Positions 9,794 to 19,207 of a stretch of 64,000 nucleotides of DNA are shown here, in pieces (position 1 is the stretch's first letter; the number at the start of each line of letters is the position of its first letter). The notes beneath the pieces were generated by a model. The model saw only the letters and a program-made list of their open reading frames with translations. It was not told the DNA's origin and made no database searches. The translations under genes were made by a program, and so were the position numbers. Source of the stretch: Patescibacteria group bacterium (GTDB taxonomy: Bacteria; Patescibacteriota; Doudnabacteria; UBA920; O2-02-FULL-48-8); assembly GCA_036278915.1 (NCBI GenBank), contig DASUKB010000002.1, positions 30,152 to 94,151 on the forward strand, written 5' to 3'.

Positions 9794-11560
9794 ATGAGTA
9801 CGAGCATGCGAATTATGATTAACAAACGCATCGCAGGCGTAGCTGTCCGGGAAAAACCGCAAACACAGCCACAGCCGCAACGAACCGATTCCAAAAATAC
9901 GCTCCGGGTTATTCCCTTGGGCGGTATTGAAGAAGTCGGCGAAAATATGACCATTATGGAGTATGGTGACGATATCCTGGTCATAGACATGGGTCTCGGC
10001 TTCCCCGACGAAACCATGCCCGGGATTGACTACATCATCCCCAACACCAAGTATCTGGAAGATAACAAAAAAAGGATTAAGGGCGTCATCATCACGCACG
10101 GTCACTTGGACCATATCGGCGCCATTCCTTATATCTTGCCCAAAATCGGCGATCCGCCAATTTATACCATGAAGTTAACCGGCGAGCTTATCAAAAAGCG
10201 GCTGGAGGAGTTTCATCTCCTGGGACGTTCCCAAATTCATGAACTAAATAAAGACGACGTACTGACCCTGGGTAATTTCCGCATCCGATTTTTCCGGATC
10301 AACCACAACATTCCCGATGGCGTGGGATTGGCCATCAACACCCCGGCCGGCCTGCTGGTTTACGCGACAGACTGGAAATTCGACCATACGCCTGTAGACG
10401 GACGTCCGACAGAATTTGACAAACTGGCAAAATTTGGCGGCGAAGGCGTGGCGCTTTTGATGAGCGATTCCACCAACGCCGAAAAACCCGGCTATTCCAT
10501 GTCGGAAAAAACTCTTGGCGATACCATTGACCGCATTATGCAGGACGCCAAAGGACGAGTGATCTTTGCCACCTTCTCCACGCTTATTTCCCGCGTGCAG
10601 CAGGTCATAGATGCCGCGTACAAGACCAACCGCAAAATCGTGGTTACCGGCAGATCTCTTGTAAATAACGTGGAAATCTGTCTGGCCACCAATTACCTCA
10701 AAATGCCGGCCAAGGGCATGATCATAAAAATGGAACAGGCCCGCAAACTTCCGGACAACCAGGTCGTGATCCTCACCACCGGGTCGCAAGGCGAAGAGGC
10801 TTCGGCTTTGGCCCGCATTGCGCGCAATGAGCACAAGACCATAGAAATTAAGAAGGGCGACACCTGCGTGGTGTCTGCATCTCCTATTCCGGGAAACGAA
10901 CGCGCGATTTCTTCCATACTTTCTTCTCTAGCCCGCCAAGGCGCCAAGGTTTTGTACCAGAAAATTCTGGACATCCACACCTCGGGCCACGCCTACCAGG
11001 AAGATTTGAAGCTGATGATTTCCCTGACCAAGCCCAAGTACTTTATGCCGATTCACGGCGAGCATCACATGCTTTTGGCTCACTCGGAATTGGCCAAGGC
11101 TGTGGGCGTGCCGGACCAGAACATCTTCACTCTGGACAACGGCCAGCAGCTGGAACTCACGGACCGTGGCGTGCGCGTGGCAGATGCCAAAATCCCCACT
11201 GGCTACGTGTTCGTGGACGGGCTCGGCGTGGGTGACGTAGGCGAAGTCGTATTGCGCGATCGCCAGGTTATGAGCAAAGACGGTATGTTTGTCATCATTA
11301 TGACTATCGATAAAAGAACCGGTAAACTTACTCAACAGCCTGACATTATTTCGCGCGGCTTCATCTACATGAAAGGTTCCGAAGATCTGCTTAAGGAAGT
11401 CAAGCACGAAGTGCGCAAAGTCGTGGAGACCAAATCCAAAGGGCCATCTGAACCCAACTGGGCGTTCATCCGCTCGGAAGTCCGCGATTCAGTCGGCGAA
11501 TTCCTGTTCCAAAGGACCGAACGTCGTCCAATGATTCTTCCAGTTATAATTGAGGTCTAA
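9794..11560 (+). CDS. rnj: Ribonuclease J
   Basis: PLGGIEEVGENM, THGHLDHIG, HTSGHA, PIHGE, RRPMILPVIIEV; exact start uncertain. Confidence 0.97.
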   Translation: MSTSMRIMINKRIAGVAVREKPQTQPQPQRTDSKNTLRVIPLGGIEEVGENMTIMEYGDDILVIDMGLGFPDETMPGIDYIIPNTKYLEDNKKRIKGVIITHGHLDHIGAIPYILPKIGDPPIYTMKLTGELIKKRLEEFHLLGRSQIHELNKDDVLTLGNFRIRFFRINHNIPDGVGLAINTPAGLLVYATDWKFDHTPVDGRPTEFDKLAKFGGEGVALLMSDSTNAEKPGYSMSEKTLGDTIDRIMQDAKGRVIFATFSTLISRVQQVIDAAYKTNRKIVVTGRSLVNNVEICLATNYLKMPAKGMIIKMEQARKLPDNQVVILTTGSQGEEASALARIARNEHKTIEIKKGDTCVVSASPIPGNERAISSILSSLARQGAKVLYQKILDIHTSGHAYQEDLKLMISLTKPKYFMPIHGEHHMLLAHSELAKAVGVPDQNIFTLDNGQQLELTDRGVRVADAKIPTGYVFVDGLGVGDVGEVVLRDRQVMSKDGMFVIIMTIDKRTGKLTQQPDIISRGFIYMKGSEDLLKEVKHEVRKVVETKSKGPSEPNWAFIRSEVRDSVGEFLFQRTERRPMILPVIIEV

Positions 11561-11563
11561 TCG

Positions 11564-11602
11564 TAACTCCCCCTACCCCCTCTTATCCTAAGAGGGGGTT
11601 TT
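11564..11602 (+). terminator. Terminator-like hairpin formed by a half copy of the PPL..GG element
   Basis: TAACTCCCCCT-ACCCCCTCTTA-tcc-TAAGAGGGGGT-TTT right after the rnj stop. Confidence 0.7.
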
Positions 11603-11606
11603 GTTT

Positions 11607-11903
11607 CAATGCGGCCGCACGAAAAATAGGTTTGCGTATACGCAAACTCAATACTGAATTAAAAAATAAGAGCTACGGGTCGGTTTATCCCGACACCCGG
11701 AAAAATGTCGTCGGAATTTGACGCGAGCTTATGTGTTGCGAAGAATGTTTTTCCCTTCGCAAATATAAGGCAGTTAGCGAGCAAGAAATTCCGGGACATT
11801 TTTCCCGTGTCGCCAATTTTTGGCGCCACCTTTTGTTTGGCACAAAAGGTGGCAAAATGGTCAACGCAAACTCAATAGTTAAGTATTGAGTTAAAAAATA
11901 AGA
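11607..11903. repeat. Cluster of nested palindromes and long hairpin (MITE-like)
   Basis: Perfect 18-bp palindrome 11630-11647; long hairpin 11691-11812; hairpin 11825-11853; CGCAAACTCAATA repeated at 11641 and 11865. Confidence 0.75.
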
Positions 11904-11915
11904 CCGCGAGGTCCG

Positions 11916-12251
11916 TTAGGACCGCGCGGCTTTCTTCTTCGGGTGGATCTTGCCTGAGTTGCTGTACATGAGTTTGCAGGACTTGCAGTACGTCTCGGTA
12001 CTGACTACGGCTCTCATCGGATTCGAACCACCGATACGCATCTCGTATATACTCACAGCCAATTCGTACTCAGTCCGAGTGACTCGTACCACTTCTCCGC
12101 CACAACTGCATTCGCCCACTATCTTGCGAGTGGTGCGTGGCTTGTAGCGCTCCTCTTCTTCTTTACGGCGCTTCTCCGCTGCTTTCCGAAACGCAGCATC
12201 GAATTTACCTTGAAGCTGTTTCAGTACGTCCTCAGGCAACTTCTTAGGCAT
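11916..12251 (-). CDS. Hypothetical protein with putative Zn ribbon (CxC...CxxC)
   Basis: MPKKLPED start, GAGGAG SD, TGATG overlap with upstream ORF; ECSCGG and YCKSCK. Confidence 0.75.
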   Translation of the reverse strand: MPKKLPEDVLKQLQGKFDAAFRKAAEKRRKEEEERYKPRTTRKIVGECSCGGEVVRVTRTEYELAVSIYEMRIGGSNPMRAVVSTETYCKSCKLMYSNSGKIHPKKKAARS

Positions 12252-12418
12252 CACTCCTCCTCGGGATTGCAGGTCGGGCACAGGCACTCAACTTCTTTCC
12301 AAATCATAGGATCCACGGAAATTATTGCCGGAACCGTGAAGGAACAGTTGTGCTCGCCTTCCTCACAACTGTCGCATATGGCCGACTCAATTGCCGACAG
12401 TACCTCAGCTTTGTGCAT
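12251..12418 (-). CDS. 55-aa Cys-rich small protein (not in the ORF track)
   Basis: MHKAEVLSAIESAICDSCEEGEHNCSFTVPAIISVDPMIWKEVECLCPTCNPEEE; SD GAGGGAG; stop overlaps next ATG. Confidence 0.65.
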   Translation of the reverse strand: MHKAEVLSAIESAICDSCEEGEHNCSFTVPAIISVDPMIWKEVECLCPTCNPEEE

Positions 12419-12490
12419 CACAATCCACTCCCTCGTGGGCTGGCCATTTTTCGCTCATTACTCTCATGCCCCCTCCTTGCGATTGAGGTA

Positions 12491-12520
12491 ATCCTAACCA
12501 ATATTCCAGTTTGCTGTCAA
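12491..12520 (-). promoter_or_regulatory. sigma70 promoter of the Cys-rich mini-operon
   Basis: TTGACA-N18-TAGGAT. Confidence 0.6.
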
Positions 12521-12705
12521 AGCCCACCTTTCAAGGAAGATTTCTTTTGTTTTGGTCTCAATGCGGCCGCATGAAAAATTTAGTCAGAATTCGACGCGAG
12601 ACGATAGGTTGCGACTTTCTTTTGATTTCTTTTCTTTCCTAGAAAGAAAAGAAATAGGAACATAAAGGAGTTATTGATTAAGTAAAAATGAGCTATAATA
12701 TACCC

Positions 12706-13689
12706 ATGTCAAAAGAACGGATTGTTTCGGGAATCCAACCCACAGGTGAACTGCATATAGGCAACTACTTGGGCAGCCTCAAGAACTTTGTCGAACTTCA
12801 GGACAAATTTGAGTGCTTCTTTTTTGTCGCAGATTTACATTCTTTGACCGAAGACTTTGAGCCTGGCAAAGCCAAAGCAGAACAGATCCGCAATTTGGTC
12901 AAAACAATGCTCGCCGCAGGCCTCAACCCGGATAAGTGCACGATATTTATACAATCCCAAGTCCCTGCCCACACGGAACTGGCTTGGATTTTCAATACCC
13001 TGCTTCCCATGGGCGAACTGGAACGCATGACCCAGTACAAAGACAAGGCCGCCAGGCAATCAACAAACGTAAACGTGGGACTTTTCGATTACCCGGTGCT
13101 CCAGGCCGCAGACATTTTAATTTATAAACCAGCTTACGTGCCGGTGGGACACGACCAAATGCAGCATCTGGAACTGACCAACACACTCGCCCGCAAATTC
13201 AACCACAAGTTCGGCGAAACTTTCACAGAAATCAAGCCTTACGTCAGTAAGCCGGTGCGGGTAATGAGTTTGTCCGATCCGACCCGCAAGATGAGTAAAT
13301 CCGAACCTGGATCTTTCATAAATATGTTTGATACACCGGAAGAAATCCACAAAAAATTATCCCGCGCAGTCACTGCCACTGATGCGCCGGAAGGTGAGAT
13401 GCCCAAAGGCGTGAAGAATTTATTTGACCTCTTGCTTGAATTCGGAAAGCAGGAGGCGTATGATGATTTCATCAAGCAATACCAAAGCGGCAGCATCAAA
13501 TACGCGGAATTGAAAGAAGCCCTAAGCCAGGCAATTGCCCTATATTTCCAACCAATGCGCGAAATGCGGAAACAGTTAGACACACAAACCAAGCAGATTG
13601 ACCAGATTATTACCGAAGGCAGCCGCAAAGCCTGCGCTTTTGCCCAATCGACAATTAACGAAGTGAAAGCAAAAATAGGGTTGGTCTAA
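12706..13689 (+). CDS. trpS: Tryptophan--tRNA ligase
   Basis: SGIQPTGELHIGNYLG, YPVLQAADIL, KMSKS. Confidence 0.98.
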   Translation: MSKERIVSGIQPTGELHIGNYLGSLKNFVELQDKFECFFFVADLHSLTEDFEPGKAKAEQIRNLVKTMLAAGLNPDKCTIFIQSQVPAHTELAWIFNTLLPMGELERMTQYKDKAARQSTNVNVGLFDYPVLQAADILIYKPAYVPVGHDQMQHLELTNTLARKFNHKFGETFTEIKPYVSKPVRVMSLSDPTRKMSKSEPGSFINMFDTPEEIHKKLSRAVTATDAPEGEMPKGVKNLFDLLLEFGKQEAYDDFIKQYQSGSIKYAELKEALSQAIALYFQPMREMRKQLDTQTKQIDQIITEGSRKACAFAQSTINEVKAKIGLV

Positions 13690-13740
13690 AGATACCTCCA
13701 GATAACATCAAAAGGTATTTTTCATTTCCAAGGGGGGCCA

Positions 13741-14130
13741 ATGTTAATGTTTGCATTCGTGGAATTTCCGGACTGCAATGCTCAGGAGGGGCATGGCTCA
13801 TTTGTAGCACGGCAACTCAACCGCTTTCTGCACGAACCCTTCTACTATCCCGAATGGGAGCAGCGAGGCATCACGCAAAACAGATTCCGCTACAGCTGGT
13901 GGCGGCCGGAGCATCCGACCACGCTCAATCTGGGATTCGAAATCAACCCGGACTCAGAAGCCATTCGGGTGAAGCTCGTTTGGCTGCGGGAGCTGTTTCC
14001 CGGCGCACTGCGGGCCCAGATCTTTTCTCCGGAATTGGGCATTCCAACCGGAGCGGAAATACAGCCGCGCAGATCCACGCCTGCGGAGGTGATCCCGATC
14101 GCGAATTTTCGCAAACGGCAGGTTGCATAG
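13741..14130 (+). CDS. Hypothetical protein
   Basis: 129-aa ORF filling the gap; purine-rich SD-like AAGGGGGG; followed by terminator. Confidence 0.6.
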   Translation: MLMFAFVEFPDCNAQEGHGSFVARQLNRFLHEPFYYPEWEQRGITQNRFRYSWWRPEHPTTLNLGFEINPDSEAIRVKLVWLRELFPGALRAQIFSPELGIPTGAEIQPRRSTPAEVIPIANFRKRQVA

Positions 14131-14143
14131 AATGCATCCAAAC

Positions 14144-14181
14144 AAAAAAAGCGGCCGTCTTCCACAGACGACCGCTTTTTT
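14144..14181. terminator. Bidirectional intrinsic terminator
   Basis: A7-GCGGCCGTCT-tccac-AGACGACCGC-T6 between convergent genes. Confidence 0.8.
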
Positions 14182-14199
14182 CTTATTATGAAATCTAAA

Positions 14200-15585
14200 T
14201 TATCCTATAAATCGCAGGACCTCTTCCGTCGCAGATAGCAAGACTTTGGGATTTTTGGCTTCAACATTGGTACGGATGAGCGGTTCGGTATTGGATCCGC
14301 GGATGTTTGCCCGCCAGTCCTGCCCTTCTATGGAGATGCCATCGGTTTTGTCGAGTTTGACTTTGGGGTCCGCGGCAAAGTGCTGTTCAATTTTTTCAAG
14401 CAGAGGTTTGACCTGTTCTAGGTCAGAAGCTTTCGTATTGATTTCGCCGGACACCGGGTAATTTTCAAAATATTCATCGAACAGTTCAGACACACGCACA
14501 CCTGCCTGTGAGACAATCTCAAGCATGATCAAAAATGGTATGAGACCGTTGTCGGATGAGAAATAATCGCGGAAATAATAATGACCGGAAGTTTCCGAGG
14601 CAAACACGGCATTGTCTTTGCGCATTTCGGGGTTAAAGTACGCCCGCCCCGCTTTGATAGCCATTGTTTTGCCGCCAGAGGCTTTGACTTTGTCTTCTAT
14701 AGCCCACCGCAGACGAATGTCGTGGACAATAGTTGCTCCCGGCTCGCGTTTGCAAAAATATTCGGAAAGCACAGCGCTCACATAATACGGCGGCAGAAAT
14801 CTGCCATTTTCGTCGAAGAAAAAGCAGCGGTCCGCGTCCGCGTCCCAGGCCACACCCAGATCCGGATGTTCTTTTTGAATAACCTCTTTGGTTTCTTGCT
14901 GGTTTTGGACCTGCAAAGGGTCAGGCTGGCCTTTGGGAAAATTGCCATCCGGGTTTTCGTTGAGTTCAATAAGTTTAACAGGCAAATTCATGTGCGCCAC
15001 CTGCGTGAGCGCCAGGCCGAACATGGCATTGGCCACAACTTTAAGCGGCTTTCCGCCAGAGGCGGATCCGCCTTTGGCGGAAATTTTTGCCACGTCCACA
15101 AATGACAGACATTTTTTGATATAATCATCGGCGATGTTTTTGGACGAAACAGTTCCAGGCTGATCGGCTTTGTATTCGTAACCCATGATGACCGAATTCT
15201 TGATATCACCAATGCCAGTGTCGCCGGAAATGGGAATTGCCTGCTCGCGGGTAAGCTTCATGCCGTTGTACTCTTTGGGATTGTGCGAAGCGGAAATTAT
15301 AATACCGCCGTCATAGCCATAATTGGCCACGGCAAAGTAGAGCATGTCCGTAGAGATCATGCCAATGTCCACGACATTTACCCCGTGGTCTACCAGACCC
15401 TGCTTGGCTGCCTCAAACAGCGCCGGGCTTGAGGTGCGTACGTCAAACCCCAGGGCTACTGTTTTGGGATTGAGGAATTTGGCATAGGCTTGCGCAATGC
15501 CGTAGGCCAGCTCTTCGTTGATTTCCGACGGGTAAATCCCGCGGATATCGTAAGCCTTGAAAATTTTTGGATCAACTGCACTCAT
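14200..15585 (-). CDS. Phosphomannomutase/phosphoglucomutase
   Basis: FKAYDIRG, SASHNP, DADADR, RGSNTEP. Confidence 0.95.
   Translation of the reverse strand: MSAVDPKIFKAYDIRGIYPSEINEELAYGIAQAYAKFLNPKTVALGFDVRTSSPALFEAAKQGLVDHGVNVVDIGMISTDMLYFAVANYGYDGGIIISASHNPKEYNGMKLTREQAIPISGDTGIGDIKNSVIMGYEYKADQPGTVSSKNIADDYIKKCLSFVDVAKISAKGGSASGGKPLKVVANAMFGLALTQVAHMNLPVKLIELNENPDGNFPKGQPDPLQVQNQQETKEVIQKEHPDLGVAWDADADRCFFFDENGRFLPPYYVSAVLSEYFCKREPGATIVHDIRLRWAIEDKVKASGGKTMAIKAGRAYFNPEMRKDNAVFASETSGHYYFRDYFSSDNGLIPFLIMLEIVSQAGVRVSELFDEYFENYPVSGEINTKASDLEQVKPLLEKIEQHFAADPKVKLDKTDGISIEGQDWRANIRGSNTEPLIRTNVEAKNPKVLLSATEEVLRFIG
15052..15081. repeat. 30-bp double palindrome encoding SAKGGSASGG
   Basis: TCCGCCagaGGCGGA-TCCGCCtttGGCGGA; second copy at 48170-48199. 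Confidence 0.9.
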
Positions 15586-15633
15586 ACGGATACTCTACCA
15601 AAAAAAACAAACTTTTGCTAGAATGAAAACCAT

Positions 15634-16191
15634 ATGAGGCCAAATTTAGAAAATAGCTACGTTGAAAGAATAGATCGCCACCGCGAGCAAAAAGACGCAA
15701 AGCCGACTGGCGGTCCCGCCGAAGAGCTTGTGGCTAAATTTAACAACACCGTATCCGGATTGGAAACTAGATTTTCGACCAAGGAAGAAGATAAGGGTCC
15801 TGAGATTGGAGGCCGCCAAACTGTTGATCTCGTATCATATCTTGAGAAGAAACCCGCTCTAGCCATTCAAATCACAACCAATACCGAGAAAGGCGTTATC
15901 AAGAAAAAACTGGAAGAGATAAGTCAGCATCCGTTTATTCGTTTGGAAGAGATGGCCAAAGGAGATACTGCCATACCAAAAGTTTTGGTATATCTGGATG
16001 CCCAAGCCGTCCGCGATTTCGCGAATGACCCAGACTTTAGCAAACATCCGGAAGTGGCACTTCAGATTATCAAAAGCTATTATAATAGTCTAAAATTTTC
16101 ATTGACCCAAACCAAGAATCCGCTCGAACAAAAAGCGATTAAACAATTAATGGAAATGTTTGAGCAGGAAAAGAAAAAATACCTCCACTAA
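15634..16191 (+). CDS. Hypothetical protein
   Basis: 185-aa ORF ending 3 nt before ychF; D..AIQIT pattern is weakly PD-(D/E)xK-like. Confidence 0.75.
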   Translation: MRPNLENSYVERIDRHREQKDAKPTGGPAEELVAKFNNTVSGLETRFSTKEEDKGPEIGGRQTVDLVSYLEKKPALAIQITTNTEKGVIKKKLEEISQHPFIRLEEMAKGDTAIPKVLVYLDAQAVRDFANDPDFSKHPEVALQIIKSYYNSLKFSLTQTKNPLEQKAIKQLMEMFEQEKKKYLH

Positions 16192-16194
16192 CTT

Positions 16195-17259
16195 ATGTCA
16201 TTTTCTGTCGGAATCGTGGGGCTGCCGAATGTCGGCAAATCCACACTATTTAACGCCCTCACCAAACAAGCTGCAGCAGCATCAAACTTTCCCTTCACCA
16301 CGATAGACCCAAACGTAGGCGTAATTAACGTACCCGACGAACGCATCGAAAAACTGGCCAAGCTCGAAAATTCCGCCAAGCTTGTGCCAGCCACCATAGA
16401 ATTTGTAGATATCGCAGGGCTGGTCAAAGGCGCAGCCGAAGGCGCGGGCTTGGGCAATAAATTCCTGTCGCACATCCGTGAGGTGGATGCAATCATCCAG
16501 GTCGTGCGATTTTTTGGAAACAAAGACATTATCCACGTGGACGGATCCGTGGATCCCTCGCGCGACATAGAAGTTATAAATACCGAACTTATGCTCGCGG
16601 ATATGTCCACGGTGGCCAAGCGTTTGGAAAGCCTGCAAAAAGAGATCAAAGGCGGCAACAAAGAAGCTGTGGTACTCAAAGGAGCTTTGGAGAAAATTAA
16701 AACAGCGCTAGATGCAGGCCAATTGGCCCGAACCGTTGCCCTGACTGATGACGAAACTAAACAAGTCAAAAATCTTTCGCTGCTTACCATGAAGCCAACT
16801 CTATATGTAGCTAACACTGAGGGCTCCAATTTTTCCCTTCCCCCTTCCCCCTTCCCCCTTGAGTTCCTGCCAATCGACGTGAAAATCGAATCCGAACTGG
16901 CAGAATTGGCAGACGAAGAGCGCGCCGAATATATGCAGGAGTTGGGCATCACCGAATCCGGCCTCGACCGTTTGGCCAAGGCTGCTTACAAACTTCTCAA
17001 CCTCATTACCTACTTTACGGCTGGCCCCATAGAATCCAAGGCTTGGACTATTACCGCTGGCACCAAAGCCCCGCAAGCCGCAGGAGTAATCCACACTGAC
17101 TTTGAAAAAGGATTTATACGCGCGGAAATCATCCAGTGGAATAAACTCCTGGAAGCTGGAAGCTACGCTTCTGCCCGCGACAAAGGCTGGCTGCGAGTGG
17201 AGGGCAAGGAATATGCCATGCAAGACGGCGACGTGGCCCATTTCCGAGTAAACGCATAA
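16195..17259 (+). CDS. ychF: Redox-regulated ATPase YchF
   Basis: GLPNVGKSTLFNALT, DIAGLVKGA, HTDFEKGFIRAE, TGS domain. Confidence 0.98.
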   Translation: MSFSVGIVGLPNVGKSTLFNALTKQAAAASNFPFTTIDPNVGVINVPDERIEKLAKLENSAKLVPATIEFVDIAGLVKGAAEGAGLGNKFLSHIREVDAIIQVVRFFGNKDIIHVDGSVDPSRDIEVINTELMLADMSTVAKRLESLQKEIKGGNKEAVVLKGALEKIKTALDAGQLARTVALTDDETKQVKNLSLLTMKPTLYVANTEGSNFSLPPSPFPLEFLPIDVKIESELAELADEERAEYMQELGITESGLDRLAKAAYKLLNLITYFTAGPIESKAWTITAGTKAPQAAGVIHTDFEKGFIRAEIIQWNKLLEAGSYASARDKGWLRVEGKEYAMQDGDVAHFRVNA

Positions 17260-17261
17260 TT

Positions 17262-17831
17262 ATGCCCTTAGATATTGGACTCGGAATCTTTGCAAGTATT
17301 CTGATCAGTAAGATTTTTGGCGTGGGCTTAAGCACCACTCTCCTCATTTTCGGAATTGTTTCTTCCCTGCTCCTCGATTTGGATTTTATAATCTTTAAAT
17401 TTAAAGCAAACCATAAAAATGAGGATGACGCCAGGCATCGGGACTTGCTTCATTACCCTATTTTCTTTTTAATCGTTGGTTTAATAATAACTCTCTTTTC
17501 TAAGTCGTTTGGTACTTTATTCCTAGTTGGTACTTTGGGGCATCTGCTGCACGACAGCGTAGGTTTAGGCTGGGGCATTCAATGGCTCTATCCGTTCAAT
17601 AAAAACTACTTTACTTTTTTCTACCGTTACCAGCCCCGAGATCGCGAACAATTCCAGAAAAAATGGTTTTACAATGATACTCCCGAAGAGCAAAGAGCTT
17701 TGGCTGAGAAATACGGCATCAAGGATTGGATGCAAGAAATATACCTTCGCATGCACCCGTATGCAATAGTCGAATTTCTGGTCTTTATTGCCGCTGTTAT
17801 CGCACTGCTTTATGTGAAAATTAAGTCTTGA
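17262..17831 (+). CDS. Inner-membrane metal-dependent hydrolase (YdjM-like)
   Basis: DLD, HR..LHY, HLLHD..G.G...LYPF motifs plus TMs. Confidence 0.75.
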   Translation: MPLDIGLGIFASILISKIFGVGLSTTLLIFGIVSSLLLDLDFIIFKFKANHKNEDDARHRDLLHYPIFFLIVGLIITLFSKSFGTLFLVGTLGHLLHDSVGLGWGIQWLYPFNKNYFTFFYRYQPRDREQFQKKWFYNDTPEEQRALAEKYGIKDWMQEIYLRMHPYAIVEFLVFIAAVIALLYVKIKS

Positions 17832-17927
17832 CCAAAAGCCTAAATCTTGCTAAAATAGCCCAGTTACAACTAAATATTAACTCATTTTCGTCCGGCAATT
17901 GACCGGGTGATAGGAAAGGAATTTCTT

Positions 17928-18386
17928 ATGCCAAAATATGAGCTGATGTACATACTTTCTTCAGCCGTATCCGACAACGACGCCCCGAGCATTTCTGCGG
18001 AAGTAGATAAATTTATCACCGACAACGGCGGTAAAATTCTCTCCACCGAAATGATGGGCAAGAAAAAATTGGCGTATCCAATTAAGAAAACCCGGAACGG
18101 TTTTTATATTTTAACGACTTTCAACTTTGAAGGTCCGAAGATTGGCTCATTGGAAAACAAAATTCGCTCCCAGGAGGCGATCATTCGCTTTATCGTCGTC
18201 AACTTGGAAGAGCAGGAACGTCGCGCGGCCAAGGACTCGGCTATCCAGGCCAAAATGAAGCTCTCGCGCAAACCGCGTCCCGAAACAACACCGGATGCTC
18301 CGGCGGAAGCTCCTATAAACCTTTCGGAAACAGAGCTTGAGAAAAAAATCGAACAGGCTCTGGAATCCGAAGACCTATCAAAATAG
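17928..18386 (+). CDS. rpsF: 30S ribosomal protein S6
   Basis: YELMYIL, GKKKLAYPIKK..GFY; rpsF-ssb-rpsR order; promoter TTGACC-N17-TAAAAT upstream. Confidence 0.97.
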   Translation: MPKYELMYILSSAVSDNDAPSISAEVDKFITDNGGKILSTEMMGKKKLAYPIKKTRNGFYILTTFNFEGPKIGSLENKIRSQEAIIRFIVVNLEEQERRAAKDSAIQAKMKLSRKPRPETTPDAPAEAPINLSETELEKKIEQALESEDLSK

Positions 18387-18457
18387 ATGATAGTTGGCAG
18401 GTGGTAGATTTTAGAGTTATACTACCAATTGCTAACTATTAATTACTAACTAATTTT

Positions 18458-18901
18458 ATGGATCTCAACAAAGTCATGATCATCGGCCGCCTCACTCGCG
18501 ACCCGGAAATCCGCTCCACGCCAAATGGCGCCAACGTCGCCTCGTTCTCCGTGGCCACAAGTTTCAACTGGGTAGACAAAAACGACGGACAAAAAAAGGA
18601 ACAGACGGAATTCCACAACGTCGTGGCCTGGCGCAAGCTCGGCGACATCGTCGGCCAGTACCTCAAGAAGGGTTCGCAAGTCTACATCGAAGGCAGGCTC
18701 ACCACCAGATCTTGGGACGACAAGACGTCCGGCCAGAAACGCTACCGCACCGAGATCGTGGCCGACAATATGATTATGCTCGGCCGCCCAGGCAGCGGGT
18801 CCGGTACGCAATCTTCATCCCAATCAACTCCGGCCGAGCAGTCGGCACCTTCCGACAATCTTCCGGAAATCCAAATCGATAACAGCGACATACCTTTTTA
18901 A
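18458..18901 (+). CDS. ssb: Single-stranded DNA-binding protein
   Basis: LNKVMIIGRLTRDPE, C-terminal DIPF. Confidence 0.98.
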   Translation: MDLNKVMIIGRLTRDPEIRSTPNGANVASFSVATSFNWVDKNDGQKKEQTEFHNVVAWRKLGDIVGQYLKKGSQVYIEGRLTTRSWDDKTSGQKRYRTEIVADNMIMLGRPGSGSGTQSSSQSTPAEQSAPSDNLPEIQIDNSDIPF

Positions 18902-18956
18902 AATTTCTACTTGTTAGATCAATTAGAAATTAGGAATTAGAAATTCTTCATCTCAT

Positions 18957-19181
18957 ATGCCTATTCCATCCAGCAATACTAAAAAACCCTGTCTTTTCTG
19001 CACTGAAAAGATCTCGTATATCGACTACAAGGACACGCAGTTTATCCGGCGGTTCATAAGTCCGCATGCCAAAATCCTGTCGTCCAAAAAAACCGGCACC
19101 TGCAGCAAGCATCAGCGCATGGTGGGCCAGGCGCTCAAGCGCGCCCGTCACATGGCGCTGATTCCATTCGTCGCAGCCTAA
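18957..19181 (+). CDS. rpsR: 30S ribosomal protein S18
   Basis: CLFC..IDYKD, TGTCSKHQR..KRAR. Confidence 0.97.
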   Translation: MPIPSSNTKKPCLFCTEKISYIDYKDTQFIRRFISPHAKILSSKKTGTCSKHQRMVGQALKRARHMALIPFVAA

Positions 19182-19207
19182 TTCCCTCTACTCATCCCTC
19201 TACTCAT

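Noticed and set aside
19183-19207. 12-nt tandem duplication TCCCTCTACTCA before efp
   Set aside because: Two copies only; probably a slippage relic related to the heptamer repeats
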